Below, piece after piece: positions 29,380 to 39,732 of a stretch of DNA of 64,000 nucleotides; positions within the stretch are counted from its first letter, which is position 1, and each line of letters opens with the position of its first letter. The notes beneath the pieces were generated by a model. That model did not search any database. It was given only the letters and a program-made list of their open reading frames with translations, and was not told the origin of the DNA. The position numbers and the translations under genes were made by a program. Where the stretch lies: positions 6,739-70,738 of the forward strand of contig JAUQQQ010000005.1 in assembly GCA_030549815.1 (NCBI GenBank), in the 5' to 3' direction. The stretch is from a bacterium. GTDB lineage: Bacteria; DRYD01.

Positions 29380-31827
29380 TTACATTCTAATTGGGAATTG
29401 AATAGCAAACTTAGAATAATATTTATTAAACTCTGCGGTTAGGCCCAACCTCACTTTTCTATTTTGTTTATCTTGATAAAATGCACCAAATCTTAAGGTA
29501 AATTCAGATAGATTATTTTGGAAAATATAATCAGATCCTTGCAAATTTTCAATTACCTGAATTTCCTTGTTATTCAAAAGAAAATATCCCCTCACAGTAA
29601 GGAAAAAGATATCTGTATTTGTAAAATCAATTTTATCAATCCCTAAATAAAATTGATCAATACTTTGTTGATCTACTTTTATATTTTTTTGCCATAACAA
29701 ATTTTGAGTATTAGTTACATAATTCAATTTAGAAAGAATATTATTTTCAAATCCCAAAACTATATTTTCTTTATTTCTTGTTTTCCAAGAAAATTCTAAT
29801 CTAAAGTTTTTAGTATTAGAATTAAATTTTAGTGTTTCTTGAACACTTAAATCAACCCCTGTGTAAGAATTAATTTTATTACTCAAATTATAATTATTAA
29901 AATTTGCAAGCACATAAAATTTTGCTTGATCAAATAAAAAGTAAAGTCCATAACCTAAATAATTTGTTTTTCTTTCAAAAGGTATTTGACTTCGAAAGTA
30001 ATTTTGATTTGAGGATTCCACTTTTCCTGTAGATATAATTACACCCAATTTCATATTTTCTTTTAGGTATTTGTCGGCAACAAAATTAGTTCCCCACAAT
30101 TTACCATCAAAGTTAAATTGATTAGATTCAAATTTCTCAAAAACATTGAAATTTCTTAATTTTACGTTTTTAGAAAATTTTGATTCCTCACTATCGCTAC
30201 TTAAGTTCAATACAACTTGATTCCTTATGTGCTCAGAAATATTTGTTCCAATAATAAAATCCTGGATTCTACTGCTATTAGCAATACTACTTCCACTTGC
30301 TGAATTTATAGTAAAGATAATAGAAGAATTATCTCCTACATTATCAAACCAGGAGACTTTAATATTAGGGTTAAGTACAAAATGGCTTACAAAGTTTAGA
30401 TCAAACTGACCACTGACATTGGACCCTTGGTTTTCTATTAAATAGTAGGGTTTATTTAAATGTATATCTTGCCCTACATAAAGGTGTAAAATAGTATTGT
30501 TTAGATTCAAGTTAGAAGCATTATATACAAGTATTGGTCGCAACATAGTATTCGGATCACCGTTAATAAAGTAAGCAAAATTCAACAATTCAGCATTAGA
30601 ATTATTTACGATTATGTGTCTTACATTATTATCCAGATCCATCAATACTGGAGTTTGAATTTGTATTGGATTAGTCCAACCTGATTGAAACAAATTTATT
30701 CCTGCAGCAGAAAAGTTATTCACAGTACTCCCCTTAACTCTTATCATTCCTGTATTTAAAATACTTCCTGAATTTACGTTAGCAAAATAAATTCCACTCG
30801 TAGAATCAACAGTTCCACTAAATGAACTATCCCAACTATTAAAAACATTTATTATTCCATTATTTGAAACATTAACAAAATTACATCTAAAAACAGCAAT
30901 ACCATCATTGGATAAAAAATTGTAGTTAGATCCCGATAGTAAAATATCCGTTTGAATTAAACCACTATTTTGAATATTTACAACATTATTTGTATTATTA
31001 GGATTATAAACCAATAATGCTTGATTACGAAATAAAGAGGCAAGGGAATTAGTTGAATTAGCAATATTGAAAATATTTCCATCGTTGGAAAAATTAACAT
31101 TTATAGAGTTAGAAAAAGATAAAGAATTAAAAGTATAATTATATACTCCTCCAATAATTTGAGTATTTTGAAGATTGATCGTATTTTGAATATTACCAGA
31201 ATTTTGAAAATTATCTGCGATTTTCGTATCAAAAGAAGTTAAAGAAAAATTATATAGATTATCTATGTTAGAATTTTGAACATTTATATTGTTAGTTATA
31301 TTTCCTATATTTTGGATATTAGAAAAATCAACGTTAACTGAATATAGAGAATAGTTATAAAAATTTCCTGTCGGTTGATTTGTTATATCAATGTTATTAT
31401 TAATAATACCATTATTTTGCAAAAAAGAATTTTGACTATAATTTACCCAATTATATCCAACCCAACTAACAACGTTTATAAAATTAAACCCTAATAAATT
31501 CTGGTTATTAATGTTTGCATAATTAGATATAGTGGAATTGTTGGTGAAAGTTGATGAACTACCACTTCCAGTTCCTCCATAAACATAGGTAGCAAAATTA
31601 TGATTCCAACCGTTATTAAAAGAAGAAGAAAAGGTATTATTAAGATTAGAGTTAATCGTAAGTGTAGATGAATTAATAATAGGAGGATTAATTACAGTAA
31701 AACCAAAAGGACTTCCATCAATAGATGCTGCTGTGTGAACTTGATTCCCCGCATAGACAATATTTAAAAAAAGCAAAAAAATAATAAACGAAAAAATAGT
31801 TAAACTTAAAATTACTTTCATACCCAA
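29380..31827 (-). CDS. Large secreted Asn/Ser-rich repeat protein, probable outer-membrane/surface protein (autotransporter-like architecture)
   Basis: Classical signal peptide (MKVILSLTIFSFIIFLLFLNIVYA|GNQ). About 550 aa of N/S/G-rich beta-type repeats (NxSG, NIQNS patterns). The C-terminal roughly 250 aa has alternating hydrophobic/polar residues suggestive of a beta-barrel. Confidence 0.5.
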   Translation of the reverse strand: MGMKVILSLTIFSFIIFLLFLNIVYAGNQVHTAASIDGSPFGFTVINPPIINSSTLTINSNLNNTFSSSFNNGWNHNFATYVYGGTGSGSSSTFTNNSTISNYANINNQNLLGFNFINVVSWVGYNWVNYSQNSFLQNNGIINNNIDITNQPTGNFYNYSLYSVNVDFSNIQNIGNITNNINVQNSNIDNLYNFSLTSFDTKIADNFQNSGNIQNTINLQNTQIIGGVYNYTFNSLSFSNSINVNFSNDGNIFNIANSTNSLASLFRNQALLVYNPNNTNNVVNIQNSGLIQTDILLSGSNYNFLSNDGIAVFRCNFVNVSNNGIINVFNSWDSSFSGTVDSTSGIYFANVNSGSILNTGMIRVKGSTVNNFSAAGINLFQSGWTNPIQIQTPVLMDLDNNVRHIIVNNSNAELLNFAYFINGDPNTMLRPILVYNASNLNLNNTILHLYVGQDIHLNKPYYLIENQGSNVSGQFDLNFVSHFVLNPNIKVSWFDNVGDNSSIIFTINSASGSSIANSSRIQDFIIGTNISEHIRNQVVLNLSSDSEESKFSKNVKLRNFNVFEKFESNQFNFDGKLWGTNFVADKYLKENMKLGVIISTGKVESSNQNYFRSQIPFERKTNYLGYGLYFLFDQAKFYVLANFNNYNLSNKINSYTGVDLSVQETLKFNSNTKNFRLEFSWKTRNKENIVLGFENNILSKLNYVTNTQNLLWQKNIKVDQQSIDQFYLGIDKIDFTNTDIFFLTVRGYFLLNNKEIQVIENLQGSDYIFQNNLSEFTLRFGAFYQDKQNRKVRLGLTAEFNKYYSKFAIQFPIRM

Positions 31828-31973
31828 TCACCCTTCCCTTTACTATTTATTATTGTTAAAATTTTTATTACTTTCTTTTTGAATTCTATTAAATTAATTC
31901 TACAGCCCTCTTTTATTATCCTCCATTAAATATTTAAAAAAGAAAAATAAAACAATTGTAGAAATAATATAAA

Positions 31974-33536
31974 ATGATGAAATTAGGGCAAATAGGGTTA
32001 GGATACTGGGGAGAAAATATATTCAGAAATCTTTTAAAAATCGACAAAGTAAACTCAATTACTATATTTGATGAAGATAAAACAAGAATCAATTACATTA
32101 TTGAAAAATACAAAGGAGTAAAAGAAATTTTGGTAGCAGAAAAAAAGGAAGATCTAATAAACCTCGATTGTATTTTTATATCCACTCCCGCAGCAACACA
32201 TTATGACTTAGCAAAGTTCTTTATTGAAAACAAAAAACACATCTTCGTAGAAAAACCACTATCCCTAAAAGTTAGCCAGGCAATAGAATTAAAAGAACTA
32301 TCAAAAAAGAATGGAGTAATCTTAATGGTAGGGCACCTACTGCTCTACCACCCAGCAGTAAAAAAAATCAAACAAATAATAAAAGAAGGATCCTTAGGAA
32401 GAATATACTACATTTATTCAAACAGGTTGAATCTAGGTAAATTAAGGACAGAAGAAAACATACTGTGGTCTTTCGCACCACATGATATATCCGTAATCCT
32501 TTATTTATTGGAAGAAGAACCAAAAAATGTATCCGCATTCGCATCAGCACATATAAACCCAGAAATTTTTGATATAACACTTACAACTCTGGAATTTTCT
32601 AATAACATTAAAGCCCATATATTCGTTAGTTGGCTAAACCCATTCAAAGAACACAAAATGACAATCATAGGATCAAAAGGAATGTTAGTTTTTGATGATC
32701 TAACAAAAGAAAAATTATTTTTCTACCCACACAAAATAGAATGGAAAGAAGGAAAGATACCAGTTGCAAACAAAGCAGAATACCAAACAATAGAAATTGA
32801 AAACTCTGAACCTTTATACAATGAATTAACGCACTTTTTAGAATGTATAGAAAAAAATTCGGAACCTTTAACTAATGCTGACGAATCTATTAGAGTGTTA
32901 AAAATAATAGAAAAAGCAGAGAATTACATAAAAAATAACCGAGAAAGAAAAAATCAAGAAAGAGAATATTTCATCCATGAAAGCAGCTATATAGATGAAA
33001 ACGTTGAGATTGGTAAAAATACTAAAATATGGCATTTTTGTCACGTTTTAAGAAACACAAAAATAGGAGAAAATGTTATATGTGGGCAGAACGTAATGAT
33101 TGGTCCTGATGTGATTATCGGTAATGGTTGCAAAATACAGAACAATGTTTCAATATATAAAGGTGTTGAATTAGAAGATGATGTTTTTTGCGGTCCTTCC
33201 TGTGTATTCACAAATGTATATAATCCAAGGGCTTTCATCGAAAGAAAAAATGAATTTAGGAAAACATTGGTAAAAAAAGGAGCAACAATAGGAGCAAATG
33301 CAACAATAGTGTGCGGAGTAACTATCGGGAAATATTCTTTCATAGGTGCAGGAGCAGTTGTTAATAAAGATGTACCTGACTATGCTCTTGTTGTAGGAGT
33401 ACCTGCAAAACAAATAGGATGGGTATGTAAATGCGGAACACGACTAAAATTTGAACAAAACTACGCAGTATGCCAATATTGTCAAAACGAATATAAATTA
33501 GAAGAAAATAAAGTTATACCTGTAAAAGAAAAATAG
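31974..33536 (+). CDS. Fusion of a Gfo/Idh/MocA NAD-dependent sugar oxidoreductase (WbpB-like) with a left-handed beta-helix (hexapeptide) N-acetyltransferase (WbpD-like)
   Basis: N-terminal Rossmann [14 protein letters not shown], the [14 protein letters not shown] block and FVEKPLS (Gfo/Idh/MocA motifs). The C-terminal roughly 180 aa contains tandem hexapeptide repeats ([44 protein letters not shown]...) ending in a Cys4 knuckle (CKCG...CQYCQ). Confidence 0.7.
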   Translation: MMKLGQIGLGYWGENIFRNLLKIDKVNSITIFDEDKTRINYIIEKYKGVKEILVAEKKEDLINLDCIFISTPAATHYDLAKFFIENKKHIFVEKPLSLKVSQAIELKELSKKNGVILMVGHLLLYHPAVKKIKQIIKEGSLGRIYYIYSNRLNLGKLRTEENILWSFAPHDISVILYLLEEEPKNVSAFASAHINPEIFDITLTTLEFSNNIKAHIFVSWLNPFKEHKMTIIGSKGMLVFDDLTKEKLFFYPHKIEWKEGKIPVANKAEYQTIEIENSEPLYNELTHFLECIEKNSEPLTNADESIRVLKIIEKAENYIKNNRERKNQEREYFIHESSYIDENVEIGKNTKIWHFCHVLRNTKIGENVICGQNVMIGPDVIIGNGCKIQNNVSIYKGVELEDDVFCGPSCVFTNVYNPRAFIERKNEFRKTLVKKGATIGANATIVCGVTIGKYSFIGAGAVVNKDVPDYALVVGVPAKQIGWVCKCGTRLKFEQNYAVCQYCQNEYKLEENKVIPVKEK

Positions 33537-33538
33537 AG

Positions 33539-34471
33539 GTGATTGAAATGTTAAAAAATATTACAGAAAAAAACAAAATTTTTTTAACAATTTTACTTCT
33601 ATTTATTTTTACAATCAATATTTCCTTTGCACTAAGTGTATCACCTAACAACGAATATTGCTGTTATCTTTATTTGTATAACAAATATTACCTTTTCGAT
33701 CTAAAAGAGAAAAAAATAATAAAAAACGTTGAAATGCCTGATTACTATGACAATGTATTTTTCATTTCAAAAGATAAAGTTGCCTTTGTAAAAGGTCAAA
33801 AGATAGAAATTATGGATAGCTTAATTTTAAAACCAGAGGCACAATTTAATTTTAATCAAACAATTAGAGATCTAAAAGTTGTAAAAGAAAACGATACAGA
33901 AAGTTTCTTCCTTATATTCACTGACTACTCTATTAGATATTTTAAATATGACAAAAACAAGGGCATAATTAATTTAATAACTCAAAAAGATTTAGTAAAA
34001 TATCATGACTCATTAATCAAAGATAATGAAATATTCGTTGCTGACAATATGTTTATCTCTATTTTCAGAGAATCATCGTTTCTTTTCTTTAAATGGCTGA
34101 GTTCAAAAAAAATAAAACTTGAAGATGTTGTTTATAGTTTAGATGTAGGGAAAAATAAATACGCAGTTCTATATTATGTTTCTACAAGCAAAAGAAAAGT
34201 TTCTTTTTATACACTAAATGGAATGGAAATAACAACAAAAGAATTGGAAGGTAATTACCAAAAATTGTGGTTCGACAAATCTGAAAAAGAAGTTGTTCTT
34301 TTTGATAATTCAAACAGTATTAAAATACTTTCTCAAAATGGGGAAATAAGGGAAAGCAACATATATGGTGGAAAAATAGACCAAATGCAAAAATTCAACG
34401 AAGGATTCATATTAGTAGTAATAGAAGACAAACCCAATTTTGTTATTTTAGATAGTAATTTTAATATGTAA
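33539..34471 (+). CDS. Hypothetical secreted protein
   Basis: 310 aa with a signal-peptide-like N-terminus (IFLTILLLFIFTINISFALSV). No recognisable motif. Confidence 0.4.
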   Translation: MIEMLKNITEKNKIFLTILLLFIFTINISFALSVSPNNEYCCYLYLYNKYYLFDLKEKKIIKNVEMPDYYDNVFFISKDKVAFVKGQKIEIMDSLILKPEAQFNFNQTIRDLKVVKENDTESFFLIFTDYSIRYFKYDKNKGIINLITQKDLVKYHDSLIKDNEIFVADNMFISIFRESSFLFFKWLSSKKIKLEDVVYSLDVGKNKYAVLYYVSTSKRKVSFYTLNGMEITTKELEGNYQKLWFDKSEKEVVLFDNSNSIKILSQNGEIRESNIYGGKIDQMQKFNEGFILVVIEDKPNFVILDSNFNM

Positions 34472-34624
34472 ATCTAATAACAATCTTCATTTCTTAAAAC
34501 CCTACCTATTTTTTCAATAGAGAGTATCTTTTCATATTCCCAAAAGAGTGTTTGGAATATCTTTGTTGAAATTTTTTTGTAAGGGAAGTTTGTGTAAGGA
34601 AGGTTCGCGAAAAAGGGGTGAAAA

Positions 34625-35857
34625 ATGATGAAACTCATTATTCCAGCTTTAATCTTAGCACTTATATTTTCTTTAAGTTATTCCAAAACTATAAGTATTT
34701 TAATAGGTGGGTCATTAGATGGATGGAAAGAGATAGCAGACGATTTCTGCAAACAAACAGGAATAAAAGTAGATGTAGTCCAAGGCCCTCCATCTACAGA
34801 CGGAAGAGAAATAATGTATTCTATTTCTTTATTGACTAAAACAAAAGGTTTTGATATAGTTTATTTGGATGTTGTATGGCTAGGTAAATTTGCATCTGCT
34901 TCTTGGCTTACTCCGATATCGAATTTCGTAGATCCTTTGAAATATTTTAAAGAAAATAATTTAGCTGAATCGAGTTTTCTCGCATCCCTATATAAAGATA
35001 CATTTTACACAGTTCCCATAAAAGCAGATGCAGGCATCCTTTACTACCGTAAAGACTTATTAGAAAAATATGGCTATAATGTGCCACAAACATGGGAAGA
35101 ATTAAAAAATATAGCGTTGAAAATTAAAGAAGAAGAAAGAAAACAAGGAAACATAATAGAAGGATTTGTTTTTCAAGGTAAACAATATGAAGGATTGGTA
35201 TGTGATTTTTATGAAGTACTCAGAGGAATGGGATATGAGTTAATAGGTCAAAAAGAAGGGAAATTCGTAGTAAAAATTAAAGAAGATGAATTAGAAAAAG
35301 TGTTGCAATTTTTTAGAAGTTTAATAGAGGAAGGAGTAAGTCCTCAGTCAGTGGTTAATTATGAAGAAGAAGAGTCAAGAATAGTATTTCAGCAAGGGAA
35401 AGCAGTTTTCGCCAGAAACTGGCCATATGCTATAAAAATGTTGGCAGAAGATGAAAATATGAAAGACAAATTCGGTGTTTCTGTTCTACCAGGTAAAAAT
35501 CCTACGCTTGGAGGATGGGCACTGGCAGTTTCTAAATACTCACCAAATCAAAAAGAAGCCTGGATGTTCATCGATTTTGTCGTAAAAAACGGATTAAAAA
35601 CACTTTTTCTAAAACGTGGAGATATACCAACAAAAATCGATTTATTCCAAGATCCTGCAATAAATCAAAAACTACCTTATTATGATGTTATAATGGAATC
35701 GATAGATTTTTCAAAGCCTCGAACAATACACCCTCTTTATCCAAGAATTTCCAATATAATCCAAATTTATGTAAGTGGAGTTTTAGCAGGAAAAATAAAA
35801 CCCAAAGAAGCAGCAAAAAAAATGATTAACGAAATACAAAAAATTATTTCTTTATGA
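34625..35857 (+). CDS. ABC transporter substrate-binding protein (extracellular solute-binding family 1, sugar-type)
   Basis: Signal peptide MMKLIIPALILALIFSLSYS. Family-1 SBP-like blocks (GIKVDVVQGP, DIVYLDVVW, ARNWPYAIKM). No permease or ATPase gene is adjacent. Confidence 0.6.
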   Translation: MMKLIIPALILALIFSLSYSKTISILIGGSLDGWKEIADDFCKQTGIKVDVVQGPPSTDGREIMYSISLLTKTKGFDIVYLDVVWLGKFASASWLTPISNFVDPLKYFKENNLAESSFLASLYKDTFYTVPIKADAGILYYRKDLLEKYGYNVPQTWEELKNIALKIKEEERKQGNIIEGFVFQGKQYEGLVCDFYEVLRGMGYELIGQKEGKFVVKIKEDELEKVLQFFRSLIEEGVSPQSVVNYEEEESRIVFQQGKAVFARNWPYAIKMLAEDENMKDKFGVSVLPGKNPTLGGWALAVSKYSPNQKEAWMFIDFVVKNGLKTLFLKRGDIPTKIDLFQDPAINQKLPYYDVIMESIDFSKPRTIHPLYPRISNIIQIYVSGVLAGKIKPKEAAKKMINEIQKIISL

Positions 35858-35894
35858 AAGGAAACAAGATATTTATTCAGAATTATATGTAAGT

Positions 35895-36869
35895 ATGGAA
35901 GCAACGATAGATTTCAAATTAGCCGATAAAGTGTCAAAATTGATAGATGAAGTTAATAAAGTGATCGTGGGCCAGAGAAGTGTTATTTTGAAATGTATCT
36001 TAGCATTACTTGTTGATGGTAATGTTCTAGTAGAAGGTGTTCCTGGTTTAGCCAAAACATTGATTTTTAAAACCTTAGCTTATGCAACAGGTGGAACATT
36101 CAGGAGAATTCAATTCACACCCGATTTACTACCAGCAGACATAACAGGAACAAGGGTTTTCAACCCCCAAACATTAAATTTTGAAGTAGTATTGGGTCCC
36201 ATATTCGCAAACTTTGTTTTAGCAGATGAGATAAATAGAGCTCCTGCAAAAGTACAAAGTGCTCTTTTGGAAGGAATGCAAGAAAAACAAGTAACCATAG
36301 GAAACCAAACTTTCCCATTGCCACGGCCATTCATAGTAATGGCTACACAAAACCCCATAGAAAGTGAAGGAACTTATCCACTTCCAGAAGCCCAATTGGA
36401 TCGCTTCATAATGAAAGTTAAAATAGATTACCCTACTTTTGTTGAAGAAAAGGAAATACTAAGACGAATGCAAAGTAATTTTGACGTACCTAAGGTGGAA
36501 AAAGTAATAGAAATAAACGAAATCATAGATTTACAAATGGAAGTCGAGAAAATAAAGGTAAGCACTAAGATTGAAGATTATATAACAAAACTCGTTTTTA
36601 TTACAAGAAAACCACATTTATATGGTTTAAATGCTTTATCTAAGTATATAATGTATGGAGCAAGTCCAAGGGCAACACTGGCATTTATCAAGCTCTCTAA
36701 AGCCCTTGCTTTCATAGACAAAAGGAGCTTCGTAATACCAGAAGATATCGAATATCTCGCTTTCGACGTATTAAGACATAGAATAATCCTAACTTATGAA
36801 GCACAAGCAGAAAACATAACAACAGAAGATATAATCCTTACAATCATTAAATCACTACCTAAAGTATGA
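35895..36869 (+). CDS. MoxR-family AAA+ ATPase
   Basis: VLVEGVPGLAKT Walker A. FRRIQFTPDLLPADITG (the MoxR signature). LADEINRAPAKVQSALLEGMQE and ATQNPIESEGTYPLPEAQLDRF. Confidence 0.85.
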   Translation: MEATIDFKLADKVSKLIDEVNKVIVGQRSVILKCILALLVDGNVLVEGVPGLAKTLIFKTLAYATGGTFRRIQFTPDLLPADITGTRVFNPQTLNFEVVLGPIFANFVLADEINRAPAKVQSALLEGMQEKQVTIGNQTFPLPRPFIVMATQNPIESEGTYPLPEAQLDRFIMKVKIDYPTFVEEKEILRRMQSNFDVPKVEKVIEINEIIDLQMEVEKIKVSTKIEDYITKLVFITRKPHLYGLNALSKYIMYGASPRATLAFIKLSKALAFIDKRSFVIPEDIEYLAFDVLRHRIILTYEAQAENITTEDIILTIIKSLPKV

Positions 36870-36885
36870 AAGGAGGTTAAAATTA

Positions 36886-37968
36886 ATGTATATTAATAAG
36901 CAATTTTTGTTTGATCTCCTTAACGCAATAGGACCCTCAGGATATGAAAAAGATGTTAGCAAAATATGGAAAGAATATGTATCGAAATTTGCAGACAATG
37001 TATTTACTGATTTTCATGGAAATTCATTCGCACAAATCAACAAAGGAGCAAACATCAGGTTCCTAGTAGCAGGTCATATAGATGAAATCGGCTTTATGGT
37101 ATCACAAATAACAGAAGACGGGTTCATAAAATTCATCCCAATCGGTGGATGGGATACACAAATCCCACAGGGCCAGAGAGTATGGATTAAATCCTCTAAA
37201 ACAGGAAAAATAATAGAAGGTGGAATAGGCAAAAAACCTATACATTTATTAAAAGATGAAACTGAAAGAAATAAAGTAGCAAAAATAGAAGATTTATGGA
37301 TAGATATAGGAGCTTCGTCTAAACAAGAAGTAGAGGAGATAATTTCAATAGGAGACCCTATAGTTATTGCTGCGTCAGCAAAAGAAATTCTTAATAATAA
37401 CATAATGTCAAGAGCTATAGATAACAGAGTAGGGGCTTTCACTGTTGCAGAAGCACTGAGATTAGCCAAAGAATTAGGAGTTAAATCCGATATAGTTAGC
37501 GTAGCTACAGTTCAAGAAGAAATAGGCTTAAGAGGAGCATATACAAGTGCATACAGAGTTAATCCACACGTAGGAATAGCAGTAGATGTAACTTTTGTAT
37601 CAGATGATCCTGGAACTAAAGAATCAGCAAAAATAATCGGAGAAATCAAGGTATCAAAAGGAGCAGTCCTGACAATAGGACCCAACATTAATCCAAAGTT
37701 ATTTGAAATACACAAATCAGTTGCAGAAAAACATCAAATCCCTTATCAAATTCAGCCTGCCCCCAGAGGAACAGGTACAGACGCTAACATAATTCAACTA
37801 ACAAGAGAAGGACCTGCAACATCTTTAATATCAATACCTACAAGATACTTGCATACCCCAATAGAATTATGTAATCTTAACGATTTGGATAACGTCGTCA
37901 AAATCATAGCATACTCAATAAAGGAAATCGAAGAAAATTATAAACTCGAAGATTTAATCCCTTGGTAA
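36886..37968 (+). CDS. M42 family metallopeptidase (FrvX / CelM glutamyl-aminopeptidase-like)
   Basis: LLNAIGPSGYEKDV N-terminus. AGHIDEIGFMV (metal-binding His). The GAxxDNR and EEIGLRGA blocks are typical of M42 peptidases. Confidence 0.85.
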   Translation: MYINKQFLFDLLNAIGPSGYEKDVSKIWKEYVSKFADNVFTDFHGNSFAQINKGANIRFLVAGHIDEIGFMVSQITEDGFIKFIPIGGWDTQIPQGQRVWIKSSKTGKIIEGGIGKKPIHLLKDETERNKVAKIEDLWIDIGASSKQEVEEIISIGDPIVIAASAKEILNNNIMSRAIDNRVGAFTVAEALRLAKELGVKSDIVSVATVQEEIGLRGAYTSAYRVNPHVGIAVDVTFVSDDPGTKESAKIIGEIKVSKGAVLTIGPNINPKLFEIHKSVAEKHQIPYQIQPAPRGTGTDANIIQLTREGPATSLISIPTRYLHTPIELCNLNDLDNVVKIIAYSIKEIEENYKLEDLIPW

Positions 37969-38123
37969 AATAATTATCACACAAAATAAAAGAACCAGTT
38001 AAACATATTTTTCAATGATCTTTTTTAAATATTTTCACAAATATTTTAAATTTGTAAAAAAAAAAATACTTTTTACTCGTTAGTTTTTTTTTATATTCTT
38101 TAAAGACAGGAGTTGATTAAACT

Positions 38124-39650
38124 ATGACAACAAGTAGTGTTAATAATAACCCAAGCAATAACACTACAAACACCAACAATTCGGTAAATACAAAACCTGT
38201 CCAAAGTCAAACAATATCATGTTCAACAACCACAGAGTCTACTTCAAATACAACAAAAGATAACATACATCTTAAATATCAAAATTTAAAAGATATTCAA
38301 GTAGATAAAGTAATTAGTGGAGAAACAAACAAAAAACCAGAAAACAATCAATCATCCATAGGAGTTAATTCCAACAGCTTAGTTAATTCAGTAGGAGAAA
38401 TATCAAACCAAATTGACCCCCATGCTCAAATATATCCATCCAACAACTACAGCCAAATAGGATATCCCAGAAAACCAGATACCGAACTCAAAGATACTCA
38501 CCTATCTAACATCGTATCAAAAGACGTCCAAAACCAAAAACAAAACCCTCAAAAACCAGATACTGAACTCAAAGATACTCACCTGTCTAACATCGTATCG
38601 AAAGATATCCAAAATCAACAACAAAACAACATGGATGAAAATACAAAACAATTCGTAGATAAAGTAAATGATGTAGTTAATAATCCTGAAAAATATGCAA
38701 ATCCATTTACAGGTAAGAATGGAAAAGGTGAGCAATGGAATAATTGGGGCCTTGGATTATTTAACACTTTAGCAGAAGGAAAGGATGAAGCATTAAAGCA
38801 AAAAGATGCTAAGGCGGCTCTTCAAAAACTAAGAGAAGAAGGTAGGTTAAGAACAGATTGGGATAACTTAGCTCCAGGGTCATACATTTTGTGGGATGAA
38901 GGACAATGGGGGAAAATAGGAGTCTTCACAGGAGAAAGAAATGAAAAAGGAGAACCATTAATAGTCATTACTGGAAATGGACAAGGAGATTTTACAGGTA
39001 TAAAGAAAATCCCACTATCAGAAGCAGAAAAAATTCTCGGAGCCAAACCTGAAGGCTTCGCTTTACCACAGTTTGGAAATAACCAAACTCAACCTAATCA
39101 ACCAAATCAAATTAACAACCAACCTAATAATGAACAAAATAATCCTTCACAAGTAAATCCAAACAATTCAGGGCAAGTATCATTCCCACCTGATATGGAT
39201 CCTGCTCAAAGAGAAAAAATAGAAAGATATTTAGCAAAAGCCAATGACGCCCTTGTTAATCCTCAGAAATATAGAAACCCTGGTAATAAAATGACGGGAA
39301 ATGGGGAACAATGGGACCTCTGGTGCTTAGGATTTGTCAATGAAATGGGTGACAAAAAAGATCCTTCGCTACAGCAAGACAGTGCAAAATTAGCATACTA
39401 TGATCTTCTAAATAAAGGTAGAATAAGAACAGATTGGGATCAAATGGTACCAGGATCATACATCTTATGGGATGAAGGAGAATGGGGACATATAGCAATA
39501 TACACAGGAGAAAAGAATGAAAAAGGAGAACCCATAGTGATAACAACTACTGGTTGGGGCGGAGTAAGCGGAATCCATAAAATGCCACTTTCCCAATTAA
39601 TACAAATGATGGGAGCAAAACCAGATGGTTGGGCAATACCTAAATTATAA
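38124..39650 (+). CDS. Protein with two tandem CHAP-like (Cys/His amidase-peptidase) domains; the first copy is catalytically degenerate
   Basis: Two roughly 130-aa paralogous modules (NPEKYANPFTGKNGKGEQWNNWGLGLF...GSYILWDEGQWGKIGVFTGE and NPQKYRNPGNKMTGNGEQWDLWCLGFV...GSYILWDEGEWGHIAIYTGE). Only the second keeps the Cys (WCLGFV) and His (WGHIAIY) at CHAP-like positions. N-terminal Asn/Thr-rich region. No signal peptide. Confidence 0.5.
   Translation: MTTSSVNNNPSNNTTNTNNSVNTKPVQSQTISCSTTTESTSNTTKDNIHLKYQNLKDIQVDKVISGETNKKPENNQSSIGVNSNSLVNSVGEISNQIDPHAQIYPSNNYSQIGYPRKPDTELKDTHLSNIVSKDVQNQKQNPQKPDTELKDTHLSNIVSKDIQNQQQNNMDENTKQFVDKVNDVVNNPEKYANPFTGKNGKGEQWNNWGLGLFNTLAEGKDEALKQKDAKAALQKLREEGRLRTDWDNLAPGSYILWDEGQWGKIGVFTGERNEKGEPLIVITGNGQGDFTGIKKIPLSEAEKILGAKPEGFALPQFGNNQTQPNQPNQINNQPNNEQNNPSQVNPNNSGQVSFPPDMDPAQREKIERYLAKANDALVNPQKYRNPGNKMTGNGEQWDLWCLGFVNEMGDKKDPSLQQDSAKLAYYDLLNKGRIRTDWDQMVPGSYILWDEGEWGHIAIYTGEKNEKGEPIVITTTGWGGVSGIHKMPLSQLIQMMGAKPDGWAIPKL
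38475..38636 (+). repeat. 81-nt tandem direct repeat x2 (coding, 27-aa repeat PxKPDTELKDTHLSNIVSKD[V/I]QNQ)
   Basis: The unit beginning ccagataccgaactcaaagatactcacct recurs 81 nt later (38556) with about 90% identity. Confidence 0.8.
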
Positions 39651-39672
39651 GAAATAAAAAATAAAGAAAATA

Positions 39673-39708
39673 AAGGGGGTTTCACAAAAGAAGCCCCCTT
39701 ATTTTTTT
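39673..39708. terminator. Bidirectional rho-independent terminator between convergent genes
   Basis: AAGGGGG-(14-nt loop region)-CCCCCTT stem followed by a T7 run. It sits between the + gene ending at 39650 and mutL ending at 39733 (minus). Confidence 0.7.
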
Positions 39709-39732
39709 ATCAAAATTTTAGAAAATTCTTAA

